Source of the DNA: Patellaria atrata CBS 101060
Taxonomy: Eukaryota
Assembly: GCA_010093705.1 (NCBI GenBank)
Contig: MU006094.1
Coordinates: 110,020-174,019, forward strand
Length of the DNA stretch: 64,000 nt
Direction: 5' to 3'
Shown here: piece by piece, positions 1 through 12,204 of the stretch
How the letters are laid out: each line of letters opens with the position of its first letter
Position numbering within the stretch: position 1 is the stretch's first letter
The notes under the pieces: generated by a model
The model's input: the letters and a program-made list of their open reading frames with translations, nothing else
Told to the model about the DNA's origin: nothing
The model's database searches: none
Position numbers and translations under genes: made by a program

Positions 1-885
1 GAGCTTGGTATAGAGAAATACGGAAAAGGGCCAGTGTACATATTTGAGATGATATCTGAAATGGTAGAAACTAGATTATTTTACCTCTTAAGCTGGTCAG
101 CAACTCGTATATGATTTATGAATGATATTTGACATCTTTTTTCGGTTTTCTGTACTGAGACTCGATTGAAGCTTCCGGATCCGGTATTGGAGAGGTGCTA
201 TATACCCTAATACTGAGGTTGCCATTGGTCAAGTAGCTTTGTAAGTGTTTTAAATGCGCTTGTAAAAGTTGAAGAATATTGTGTGTGAAGTGATTGTGAA
301 AAGAGAAGGTGGTCAACAATTCTCTCCACGAACTCATGCTGAAAATGCTAGACCATAGATAGATTCTCCATCTATGGTTATCTCCCTATTACTTCCATGT
401 TGGGGATGTTTGGTCCTCTCTTTCGGATACTCCTCAATGCACAAAAATAAGACTTGGATCACTTTTAGATTAGAATGCTGGATATGGTACATGTAGAGTA
501 TTTCCAACCAGAAGTTTAGACCGTGATGATGCTGCATGTGGGCGAAAGCCGGATTCGTAAAAAAGTTCTGCGACCTAAAATGAAAATACAAGTTGTAGAT
601 TTAGGGTAAGTGTTCCTTAAAACGCGAAAATGAATTTTTCGCAACCGGTTCATACTCTCCATTTCAAATTTTCATCCTGGGTCGTAAATTGATCTATCAC
701 AAGACATCGGAAGGGAAATTGTCATCTCTATTCCTGCGATTGCAGACTCTATGGGTGCCGCTGGTTAAATCTGCGGAACAAAAACAATCGCCAGCCCTTT
801 TGGTGATTAAAGTAGTACTGTATAAACTGTCATGAATCATGCTGAATTGCTACCGGCGTCGTATGCTTTGACTGGAAGAATGGAA

Positions 886-1459
886 TTATGATCGCTGCAT
901 AGTACATCGTTGAAGCGCGTCTAGCAACTCTGGTCGGCTCGCCAACGCTGCGGATGCCTGGGCAAAAGTCATCCATTGTCTTGATCTCTTGTTCATCTCT
1001 GGCCAGACTTGTTCTTGCTTCTCCACGGTGGCTTCGAAGAAGTGGTACGCGGCTTTGGGTGCTTGGGTGGAGAGCTGTTCAGGTTTTCGTTGCTCCGCTA
1101 TGGTTCCCAGATCGTATGTGACCCTGACTACTATCCCTGCTTCCTCCCAGGCTTCCCGACAGGCAGCATCTTGTGCTGTAGCTTCGTCGGTTTCCCAACC
1201 ACCTTTGGGGAGGACCCAGCCTCCACGACGAGTGGACTGGATAAGGAGAACGTAATACTTGTCGGCTGATAGAGGAACAATGCCCGCAACGAGGCGTTCA
1301 CCGTTAGGCCCATAACCTATGTAACCGATCAGCCCCACAGATTTTCAATCATATCGATTTTGATGAATTTTTAGGAGAGTTCATCTGGGTCTCGTGATCA
1401 AACTTACGCTGGTTATTCCTCCCCGTTCGCGCCTCCATTGAGCGTTCTTGTTGCGCCAT
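886..1459 (-). CDS. DDP1: Nudix hydrolase, diphosphoinositol polyphosphate phosphohydrolase (Ddp1/Aps1 type)
   Basis: Exon 1 1459-1408 (MAQQERSMEARTGRNNQ), GT-AG intron 1407-1317, exon 2 1316-886. Contains RLVAG, WVLPKGGWETDE and the Nudix box REAWEEAG. Confidence 0.92.
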
Positions 1460-2724
1460 GAGTGAACCTTGAGTATCAGGTATGTGCCGTGGTAGCGAGA
1501 ATAATATGACAGCTTTTCAACACTTTTACCAACGTTTCAAGGCTCAAAGGAACAAGCAAATGTGGGAAAGAATGGTTAAACCTTTCGAGTGTCGTCTGGA
1601 GAAGGATAACGGTACGTAGCAAACACGATCAAGGTGAATTAGCACTTGTGGGAGGTTAATGCGAGATGATATAGGTGAAAAGGTAAAATCGAGGTGACAG
1701 CCTTCAGTCCCGCGGGGGACAGAGGGGCTGAAGGGATTTGGATGACCTTGAGAGGTAAGAGGAGTAAGGCATCGTGACAGGAGTGTTGTTTAGTAGTGGA
1801 TGAGGGTGGAAAAAAAAAATTGGCTGGGCTCTAAAAATGTCGTCCGGCGGAAGAGCCAAAGCATCAAGCGATTCAAGCCAATTCTTTCCCAGCTCAACCT
1901 GTCTCCCGATAGGCGCCAAGGGAAGACTTTCCGCACATGCGCATGTATTGTGTGCCTTAACGAGCATCTGAAAGACAGAATAATAATGACACGAATGCAG
2001 AATGCAGATTGCAGAATGACTATGGTACAGGCTACAGTGCAGATTGCCTGGGAGAAGGCTACACCGCGGCCGTTTTGCTTTGTTGGTTTTTTATGTGGGT
2101 GAGCTGACGATTTGACATATCAAATGGCCGACTCCCTGGGAGAGACGCCTGATCTACAACCAGTCCGTACAATCAATTCACTGCAATATGCCCAGCTATC
2201 TGCCAGTTTTCCCCAAGAGAGGTCTAAGAATGACGTTCCTGCGTGGGATGAGCACATGGAGGAGCGAGTTCTTCTGCAGAGTCATCCCCGTCGTCACCAG
2301 ACGGTTGTCAGCAGAATTCACCGTTTGTCTGCTTTATTATATTGTCTTCTTCAAGTACATGCTGCAAAGGCTGCATTCTTTAAACCAAACATAGTCAGAC
2401 TTGGTGGGGAAACCCTACCAGGCAAGAGGGAAAACACCCCTTCCTTCCTTCCCAAAGGATCCCTTCTGCAGCCACGAGAACTGCACGCAATTGTTCCCGT
2501 CACTACCTCATCTGCAGCTTTAAACAGACGTCTTCTTTTGTCTGTTTCATCTTTTCATCTTCAATATCTGAACCCTTCTTCATCTTCATCTTCTCCTACT
2601 CGACGATTCTCGTACCAAGTTCTCATCGCTTGTCTCGGCGACGGCTATTGAAATACACAACACCCCACCCCACTATCACTCCATCAAGTGCCCTGCCTTT
2701 TCTCTGCCTTCCCACGCTTAAGTC

Positions 2725-4824
2725 ATGCAGACCCCCGCTAAAGCAGTTCCTTTTCTCACACCTGTCGGTATGTTTCACCTTCCAGTAATTTTCCTCCGTT
2801 TCGGCCCGTGGTGATCTGGCTGGTTCGCATCTATCCCGCTATTAGGACCTAGTATAGATCCATGTGCTTCAACTACTGACCGATAACTAACATATTCTGC
2901 TCTTCTTCTTTAGGCTACCAGTCGGGACCATGTGGATATTGTAAAGAGAAAAACTCCAGTCAGAGAACCCCCAACTCTCGTGCGTTAGCACCAACTATCT
3001 CAACTCATATATCTCCATGGTGGATTGTTTGTTGCCTGCACCACTTGAAATACTATCTCCATTCATCTATTCGTAAAGCGATCATACTCAATGGTGGAAC
3101 GTTCCTATTTTTACTCTTTGTAGTTGCACATTCGTTTAGTTGACGTTCTTTTTCATGCTACACGATTGGTCTACGCCTATTGTTCCCTACAAGCCAATAT
3201 AACTGTACTTCGGCTTGGCAAAATGGCTTGTTATACTCGAGTTTCTTTCCCGCGGATGAATTTCAATTTTGAGAGGTGATGAGTCTCAATATATCATTCT
3301 GATTTTATGTCCTCTCAGGTGCACAATATTACGCACGGTCTAAAATACTTGACGTCGATCAGTATCAGTCTCTTATAGATCGAGGATGGAGAAGGTAAGT
3401 GACTTCAATGTCTCAGTCCCGAGTCTTACGTGCAATCCCCACGTTCCCTGCATTAGTCTTCAAATAATTAATTAGGATCTTCTTTCTTTATTAGGTCTGG
3501 CTCGCTGCTTTACAAACCTGACTTACACAGGACATGTTGCCCACACTACACTATACGGTAGGTAGTACAGCGGAGATGTTTGAGCAAAGTCTAATCTAAA
3601 CTAGTCTTCCCGGTGCATTGTTGCAGACCACGAGAGATCAAAGACAAGCACTCCATCGGTGGAATAAATTTGTCACAGGAGAGATATTTTTGAAAGAAAA
3701 TGCAAAGCTACACCCCAAGAGCAAAGAGTGCGCATAACATCATTGGCTTAAAAATGCCATCCCTCATCCACGATCAAAACTGATGAATTACTCAAAGGGA
3801 GAAGGCTCGCCAGAGAAATCAATTCGATCTACTCGACGCTATTCATGCCAGCGAGTATGATAGGCTACTCAGACCCCCAGAGCCGGCCCATAAATTTGAG
3901 GTTTCTCTCGAACCGGACGATTTCACTCTAGAAAAGTACAACCTGTACGTTGATTATCAAATGAATGTTCATCATGACAAGAGATCAAGCCTTTCCCCAC
4001 AGCAGTTCCGAAATTTTCTCTGCTCATCACCTCTTCGGAGAAGTATTCGCCAGGTTGACGGTCGAACACAGAAACTGGGCAGCTTCCACCAGTGTTACCG
4101 TCTTGATGGTCGTCTAATTGCCATGAGTGTTCTAGATCTTCTGCCTCATAGTGTCAGTGGCGTCTACTTCGTCTATCACAATGATTTCGAGAAGTGGAGT
4201 TTTGGAAAGCTGAGTGCCCTACGAGAAGCCGCATTAGCAGTAGAAGGAGGTTACCAGTATTACTACATGGGTTATTACATACACTCATGTGTTAAGATGA
4301 GGTACAAGGGCGATTACAAACCCCAGTATGTTCTCGATCCTGAGACATACAGCTGGAATCTTTTCGATGATGAACTTCGAGAGCTTCTGAACTCGAAACC
4401 ATATGTCTCATTATCCCGCGAGGGTCGTATTTCCGAAAGCGGCACGTCAGATTTTGAAGAGATCAAATATCCATCTGCTGAGGATGCAGCCACTGCAGTC
4501 TACGGTGGTTTGTCGACGTTACTCCTCGAAGTTCCAGGGGTTTTGACTGTTGAACAAATGTCGCGGGAGATTGATTTGGACTCCATATATCTGACTATTG
4601 ATGGTAAAGATGTGAATTTGATGGAGGTGAGTAGTTCTCTCGTTAGCTTGGCTTTCTCTCACGCTACGAACTTTGGAGCGTGTCCTTGACTATTATTCTA
4701 GAATCTGATCAAGTGGGAAGAAGGCTCCATACTGGATACCCATACCCTCAAAGGGCTTGTTGGAGAATTTGCTGCTTGGGTTGGTCCGGAGGTAGCGAAC
4801 GAAATGATTGTCAAACTTAGATGA
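2725..4824 (+). CDS. ATE1: Arginyl-tRNA--protein transferase (N-degron arginylation)
   Basis: Multi-exon gene. N-terminal CGYCK, LIDRGWRRSG and CCPHYTIR; C-terminal GSFHQCYRLDG, GKLSALRE, YYYMGYYIHSCVKMRYK. Last exon ends ...MIVKLR* at 4824. Confidence 0.93.
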
Positions 4825-5356
4825 TCACGCTCTCATAAAAATATATAATATTGGTCGAATGATGACAACTACTCCGCCTTGCAGCTTACAATCCTAGAGT
4901 CATGCTACTGCTTCTTTACTCTTTTTATGCTGCGCCGTTGATTATTGATTAGCCGCGTTGATAGATACTCTAATGCCTTGTGTGTGGTTCTATCATATCA
5001 TTTTGTTTACTCCAAGTCTCACCCTCACCAACTACTCTCGTCTATGGGAAACCACCACAGTACAATGTGGATGTTGTTGGAAAGTGAACATATTTCCAAC
5101 CTTCGTCGGTGTGAACCAAGCTCAACCAACACTTCAGCTTTAAAAAGTCTTCTCTTTTACTCTGCACTTACGGCTTATATCCCAGCAATATGTATAGCGC
5201 ATTGAGCTGCAAGGTATTTCTTCCTGAGCTCGAGAAAGGTATGTACAATTAGTGTGTGAAAGACCAATAAAAAAAGAAAAAAAGAAAAAGTAGCTGAATG
5301 TCCCTAGGCTCATCTTATATACTCTCTGAAATGAAAAAAATAATAATAAAATAAAA

Positions 5357-5545
5357 CAGTTCCCACCGGCTCCTGTGAGCGGCGTGGTACTTCTGCTTGA
5401 GGGGATTATTCCCCCTCTAAGGTTCGAGACACTGGACGTGTTGGTGTTTTGGCCTGATCGGTATGGTGGGGGTTTCCCACCACTAGGCCACAGGTCTCTG
5501 GGATATGAAAGCCAGTTACGGTTTGTTTGCTTATAGGCTGTAGGG
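5357..5545. ncRNA. Candidate structured non-coding RNA of unknown family
   Basis: GC-rich island in an AT-rich gap between two convergent genes. Three hairpins (5363-5386, 5399-5417, 5450-5490), A-box-like TGGCCTAGTGG on minus (5490-5480), B-box-like GGTTCGAGAC (5421-5430 on plus), and oligo-T runs downstream on minus. I could not match it to any known RNA family. Confidence 0.45.
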
Positions 5546-5959
5546 GGAAATCACGTGTTGGGGGTGTTCGGGACGAGCCATGGTGACCGGTATATCTACA
5601 CTAGTGATACACTGATACAATCATCATCTTCAGTAAGTCAAGAAACATTTATCAATCATACAAGAAGCAAAGGGTAAAAGTTGCACAAGATCACACTCGG
5701 ATAATCTTTTCTCATTCACTACCACAAATCATATAATAGGATAAGTTAATCTGCAGAAATGTAAAAGATTGGGTATAAAAACATCCACACTCTTCCCGGT
5801 AGGTAATAACTCTACAACGCCCATACCTTGCACTTCTATATCACTGATTCTTTATACAGATGAAGTCAAAATCAATATTGAAGGAAAGCCCAGTCATCCC
5901 ATCTCAGAACCTCCATAGTCTTCCCATCCCTTGTACCTCCATACACAGGATACTTCGCC

Positions 5960-6661
5960 TCATCGTGCCGTGTTCTCATATCCCGCCACGGAGTACATTT
6001 GCTCCCGTCTACGACAGCCCATACCACGAGTCGCTGCTTCGTATGAAGGAGGTGGGCTGTCCGGAAGCTCAAGATAAGCCGGAACTGCCGTCGAAGCCGA
6101 AGCCGAAGCCGAAGTTGACCTGGATGGACCATCGCGAACACCAGCGAGCTCATTCCAAAACTCAGTCGAACCGCTAGCATACTGAGCATCATCATCGAAA
6201 TCCTGCAAGTCGAGCAGTTCCGGATCAATTTCTGGAAGCAGGAGGCGTACGGGTAAGCCGGTCATGTACATGCCGATATCCCATCGCCAGACCAGAGGTC
6301 CATCGGCATCATATCCCATGAGCGAGTAGCCACGCGGTCGAGACAGTCTCCGCATCTCCAGATCGTTGTGCATGTTTACGTAGACCCTGATCACGTGGTC
6401 GCGGGAAATGATACCTTGTTTCCCGAAGCATGGATGGAGGTCTTTCAGTTCGTGCCCTCGACAATGGCGGTTGTGGTTACATGACCAAATACCCTGTGCT
6501 GACGGCTGCAACGGGAATACGGGGTTTCGACAGGAGACGTAGCAGTTCGAGGAGCAGAGGCCGCTGTGGAAGAGATGGCTGCACCAGTATTCTTGGGGTA
6601 GGTCCTGCGTCACGATGGTCCACTCTGGGTTGCAGATGACGGCGGTGTGTGCCATGTCCAT
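5960..6661 (-). CDS. Hypothetical protein with Cys/His-rich N-terminus and C-terminal PPxY motif
   Basis: 233-aa uninterrupted ORF with an ATG start and TATAAATA on minus at ~6771-6778. Contains LPDSPPPSYEAA and an SASASAS tract encoded by a GAAGCC repeat. No recognised domain. Confidence 0.6.
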   Translation of the reverse strand: MDMAHTAVICNPEWTIVTQDLPQEYWCSHLFHSGLCSSNCYVSCRNPVFPLQPSAQGIWSCNHNRHCRGHELKDLHPCFGKQGIISRDHVIRVYVNMHNDLEMRRLSRPRGYSLMGYDADGPLVWRWDIGMYMTGLPVRLLLPEIDPELLDLQDFDDDAQYASGSTEFWNELAGVRDGPSRSTSASASASTAVPAYLELPDSPPPSYEAATRGMGCRRREQMYSVAGYENTAR

Positions 6662-9292
6662 ATCGCCTTGTAAGAGTGCGATATTCTGATGAAGAGTGGG
6701 ATCTCTCTATGTAAGACTTGTGGAATGTTGAGAGAATAGAAACGTTGGAGGGTGCAGGAAGTAAGAAGCATATTTATAGTAGAGGATCCAGAATTCCCCT
6801 TCGCAACGTACGCCTGTGTTGTCAGCGTATCTACCATATCGCCCCTTTTTCTTGGTATAGGAGTTTGCAGAGCCTTACAGTGAGGTGTACAGTTACACTA
6901 AATCGATTTCGAGAGTCCAGCACAGAGGAACCCTTCGTACAAGGTCTCGAAGAAGGATATGGCAGCGCTATTTGTACAGCGCAACGGACTTGAAGATCTC
7001 GAAACTTGGTATACAGCGAATGTTGCGTTGGTCTGGGGTGAAATATAAGCTTTCGGACCATTGACATGACTTGCCCCGCCGTGTAATGCAGCATAGCAAA
7101 GACGAGGAGTTACTTACACCCAACGACTGTCGACTTTTCTCAGTGACGACATACGGGCTCCTTCTAGTACAGCAAATGCGGCGGTGGCCTTAGGCGGAAA
7201 GCGTGACTACGTACAAACTCGGACCGCTCCGTACAGTACAGTACGGCGTGACACAAGTTAAAAATAGCCGCTACTTCGGCTTCATGGAAACTCCGACAGA
7301 AAGTTTGTACGGCTGGGGACTGTACAACGGATGTTCTCTCGGCATGTTACCTGGGACGTGAAGATGTGCTAGTGCTGTACAAGTACTAGCCGTACGGTAT
7401 ACCTCCCACGGTATTTATATCTCATTTGAATAGACCGGCTTTAACTTCGTGTTAACAATCTGTGGTTCCGATCGTGAAACCGGCCCCGAATATCCGTAGA
7501 TTCTTTAGCGAACGTTAAGGGAAAGTGGTAGAGTAAAGAGGACTGGGTTGTTGACATCTCTAAGTAGGAGCACGATGCGTGGAGAACTGATGACCTCGGC
7601 TAGATCTTGTCCTATCTCAACAATAACGATGAAGAAATTTCTCGAATCTTTACCGGAGAGCAGCAACAGGGTCAGGAGCAGCACTCGATTTACCCTTTGC
7701 GGTTGAAGGTTTCGGAGGTTTTGCCATTCTTTCTTGGAGCTTTCACAGCTGTGATGGAAGGTTCAGAAGAAGTTGCTTTCTTTTCCCAGCTTTTAGAGAT
7801 GAGATGCCTCAATATTTGATCCTCGCGGTAACTTTTCCTTAATACAGACAGACTCTGAGCTAAATCCCAACCTGATATTAGACCGGCACTCACTTCATCT
7901 CAATCCGGAAAGCGAACTCTTCTAACTGCATCCGCGGCGCGGCTCGAACTGAGGGGAAGTCATGCAATCCGCCCAGGGCGGTTGAGGAAACGATGACTGT
8001 TTACCGGTCCTACTGCTGTAGTATCGCAGTATCAAATAAATCGGTGCCCACCACCTAGGCACGTCCGACATCGAGGTTACTACAAACGCCCTGGGGACTT
8101 CAAAGACACCCATCCACTTACAGAAAACCTCTAACGCGTGAAAGAATGATTTTAAACACACCTGTACACTCGACCTTCAACCTAAGCAGCACAGCTAATC
8201 GACCCCAAAATCCCCACACGATATGTACGGCCCTGTACGAACGGATCAATAGACGTCTGCGTGTCCAATTGACCTGAGCTAGAGGTCTTGAGTGTAGAAC
8301 AATGTACGACGATAGGCCGGACCGTACAGTTCCAACTGCATCCATTCCCGAAAATCCAGAACCAGGGTTGTTGCCAGTTAATGACGTCGCTTTATCGTAT
8401 ACCCGATATTCGGAGTACCCGCGTGAAGTTCAACGGGGAAAGCATGATAAGGTCCACACCAGCGAGTACTCCGTACAGTAAAGCATAATCATTCAAAGTT
8501 GAACCGAGGACACTGTTCTCTTTACCCCGTATTGGACGACTGCTGATGCGGGGACCCTCCATGTCCGCGAGGGAGACGCTTCCATATTAGCAGAACTAGA
8601 AGTTCAAGGTCAAGCCAAGTTAGAGCTCCGGTCGTCACAACGCGCACTAATGGCTAATAGGGAGTTTTATCTGTATCGATAGACCTAATACGCAGAAGCT
8701 ATACTAGGAAAACTCGCTTTATGACTTCCTTCTGGGCTTGCTGATCGAAATATACTACACCGGAAGCAACTGGAAGTACGGGATGCAGATGCACAACTGT
8801 ATTACTGGCATTTTTTCACGGTTCATCGCGGTGGAGCTTCGCATGTGTCGCTTCCCAGGGACGGCGAGGAGGACTATAGAACATTGATCGTGCGATGTAG
8901 GTTATGCTAAAACCTGCGTATCGGTTGGAAGTGGAGCTGATGTGTGAGATTAATAACTTCTGAGTCCTTGGATTCTCTGTGCTCCGAACCCCCGTAGAAC
9001 CGCTTACTGTCAGAGGTCTCATTTATTTGACTCCCCCTTCCTTTAAGGCACTGTGATGGTCAGGTAAGCATATGAGTGGAAGTAGGCGAAGGGTGATTCT
9101 AGAATGAGCAAATTGTAAACATTCCTATTATATCATCCCTCTTATGCTTAATGTAGATAGTTCCATGTATACCCTATCATTCCCAGCCTCTATCGACCTT
9201 CTAAACCTTTAACAAGAACTGCCCTGAAAACGAACGTAAAATATTTCCCGTTGTAATCTACCTATCACCCCTACCAAAGTCCACCAGACCCC

Positions 9293-10104
9293 TTAAACAA
9301 TAGCAATGCATTGATACCAATCATCATTCTGATACACACACCCGGTCCCCTTCTCGCAAACAGTGCATCCCTTCCATCCCTTTCCGCCACACTGACCGTA
9401 CCTTGGTACCGGGCAGGGTGCCGCTGAAGTGGTGGGTACAGCAGACGATGTCGAGGTCGAGGTTGGTGTTGGCTTTGGAGTAGATGAGGATGAGGGAGGG
9501 TAAGGTGGGTAGTGGCGGGTAGAGGTTGAGGTTGGGGAGGGAGGGGGCATAGAGCTGGAAGTTGATTTGGTTGAGGTTGTGACAGTGGGTGCGTCGCCTT
9601 CGACGCATTGGTGATAGAATTCTATGAGAGAATGGTAAGATTTTGAGGGGTGGAGATTTATAGCAGTTATGAGGAAGAGACCATAGGGTTATGTTCACTG
9701 AGAATTAAATGAAGCTTTGCTTACCATTCTGCCACTTGCAATACGTGCCCCTTTCACAGACTTTGCAGCCAGTCCAGTTCGCACCACCACATTGATAGTA
9801 CTTAGGAACGGGGCATTTAGTGGTGTTGGGGTCAAATGAGGTAGTTGTGGGTGTGGAGGATGACTTGGTGGAGGTGGAACCGCCGACTGTTACGTATTGA
9901 GTCTGGGTAACGACAGTGAGGAGCTCTGTGACGACCACTGTAGTGATTGGCATTGCAACACCTTGCGCTGGGATCTGATTTGAGCCAGATTAGCGAAGGC
10001 GTATTGTATGGAAAGGTCATAGCTCGAATGCAAAGAATACATACAGCAGTAGCGCCCTGGAGAAGGACCGCCACCCCAGCAAGAGAGAGGAGTAATGTAT
10101 TCAT
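9293..10104 (-). CDS. Secreted non-catalytic protein with two CBM1 (fungal cellulose-binding) modules and Ser/Thr/Pro linkers
   Basis: Three exons. Signal peptide MNTLLLSLAGVAVLLQGATA; CBM1 no.1 YYQCGGANWTGCKVCERGTYCKWQN/EFYHQC (split by an intron); CBM1 no.2 YGQCGGKGWKGCTVCEKGTGCVYQNDDWYQC. TATAAAA on minus at ~10205-10211. Confidence 0.88.
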
Positions 10105-12204
10105 TTCTATAATTGCCACAGAAGGGAATTTTAAAGAATGAGAATGAGAGTGAATGTTAATGATAACTCAAGAAATCAACTTTCCTGGAGCTGCTCTGAA
10201 GCCCTTTTATAGAGAGGAACTCCGAAGGCTTTCTAAAAATGGCCATCATGAAGCAACAGCCTGAATAGATCGAATATCATTCTAGAATGGTGGATGGAAC
10301 TATGCCCAGAGTCCGTAGATGTTCTAGCTATCCGTATCGCAAAAGCATCCAAATTCGTATGTATGCAAGCCGAAAATCTCTAGATAGACGGAGTGGGGAC
10401 TAAAATGTTCGACGCACTAGCTAGACTCTCACCACTCGGCATCGTCCATATTGTGGCTGGCAAAAACATATTCCGCACGACAGTGACAAATGGTCCTTCG
10501 CGCCGATAGAAGAAAACATGTTAGAGTACAGCGATGACGAACAGTCGCGATAGTGTAATGTTACGGCTGAGTAACGTTCACATTACGGTCTCACCTTCTG
10601 GAAATACGATATATCAGAAAGCCAAAGGTAATTCCTTCCGGGATGCGATCTCGGTTTTCCATGAGTTTGGTTTGATCAACTGCATTTGGTAGCGGTAATA
10701 TGACAGGGGTACCTTGAGTCGTTCAAAGCGGTAATCTGCCGACAGGGAATAGGCCGCTTACCTTCGATGCTAGTAAGATTCTTTAAATGAACTGTACTCG
10801 ATGTGTATCAAGACTATATGAAACACAATCACTGAGAATAATCCGACGGAAGACTCAATGCAGTCTCGTACTTACTTCGTCTAAATTCACTCCAAAAATA
10901 GGCTCCTATGATAACGCTAACACCTGTGGCTGACATCCCTAAGACCGAACAAATTGAACAACCAGCGCGAAAGAGAGATATTCCACGTTCACGAAGATAT
11001 GAGTGCTAAGATATACCCGGAGATTACTGCCATGCACAGATCTAACCCGACTGTCTGGATTCAGAATGTCATAGAACCCCAATATCCGGTTCTGAACAAG
11101 GGAGAGATCATCACAACCCGTTCCGGCCTTGGAAAAAATTATTCTTGAATATTTCGGGCATGACACCCAAGAAATCGAGACACGGAAGACCCTTACCGGA
11201 CGGAAGCAGTAATCTTTCATCTATACATGCTCGCTAAAGAACGGGATCTTCCTAGAAAAAGTGTTTTTTTTACGAGCACTTGCGATTGCAATCAATAAGC
11301 CGAGAAGAAAGGTCAGCACGATAAGGAACCAGAGGCAATTAGATGAGATGTTCGAAATGTAAAGAACGAAAATCGGAATCCAGCCGAATTATCCGTAGAG
11401 GGATCCGCCAAGATGATGTCCATGAAATATAGGAAAGATATGCTTATTTTAGGAATAGAAGAATATGTACTAAAGTCGAATACGAAAAGTATACTCAGAC
11501 AGAAAAAGATCGTACTCTAGTTTCCATTACATTGACAATATTCCAGTAAGCGTACTGAGAGAGAATGAAACACTGATATCTGCTCTCCGTAGTTTACATG
11601 ATATGAAGAGTAAACTTCCTTCCGTTACTTATGTGTGAATTCTATTATCAACAGCTTTCTCTTGCTGGAAGCTCTGATGGGAAGTAAACCTGCTATGAGC
11701 CTATTTGCTTGGTGGAAGCCTTACCAACCGGATAAGTTTGTAGACTGATGTAATTGGACTACTATAGCGATACGCAGCCAAGGTAATATGTCCTATAAGT
11801 CAGTCTTTTACTTGCACAGCATGAATCTCTCGCTCATTCCGTAGACTTGCTACTTTGCTCAATCCAGTCACCAAAGTAGTTGAAGGCGGTGAAATGATCT
11901 CACGTAGAATGCTGTATTAAACAATTGAAAAATCATGTCAGATTAGTATAGCCTAAGAGCTCAAATGGACGGTCTGAGGGATGTAATATGCAGAACGCAA
12001 TGGAAACGAGAGGTGATGTTGATGTGGAGCGCGTCCAGCCCCTGTTCGCCAACATGTTGAGCTCCGAACAATTGCCGGTTATATTGATGAGTGAGCATCC
12101 ACAACGCGCCCACAGCTCTAGCAATTTATATTCCTTCTAGCTCCGCTTCTCTGAGATTGCTCCTTTGACAATTGACGTTGGTGTATTCTGCACGCAATCA
12201 AAGC

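Noticed and set aside
116..700. Stop-interrupted minus-strand reading frame at the window start
   Set aside because: Possibly a decayed gene, but I recognise no domain and cannot support a call.
2112..2651. 179-aa ORF between DDP1 and ATE1
   Set aside because: Non-ATG start, runs through pyrimidine-rich promoter/5' UTR sequence, and shows no domain.
3250..3305. C/D box snoRNA in the long ATE1 intron (GGATGA/GTGATGA...CTGA)
   Set aside because: Too short, and the CTGAT is better explained as the intron branch point. The nearby ACAAGCCA/TGGCTTGT stem alone is weak evidence.
5380..5440. tRNA gene suggested by GGTTCGAGAC
   Set aside because: The flanks cannot form a T-stem, and no acceptor or anticodon arms are present.
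5450..5495. H/ACA snoRNA (hairpin followed by ACA on plus, or AAAACA on minus)
   Set aside because: The pocket-to-box spacing is about 7 nt rather than 14-16, and there is no matching second box.
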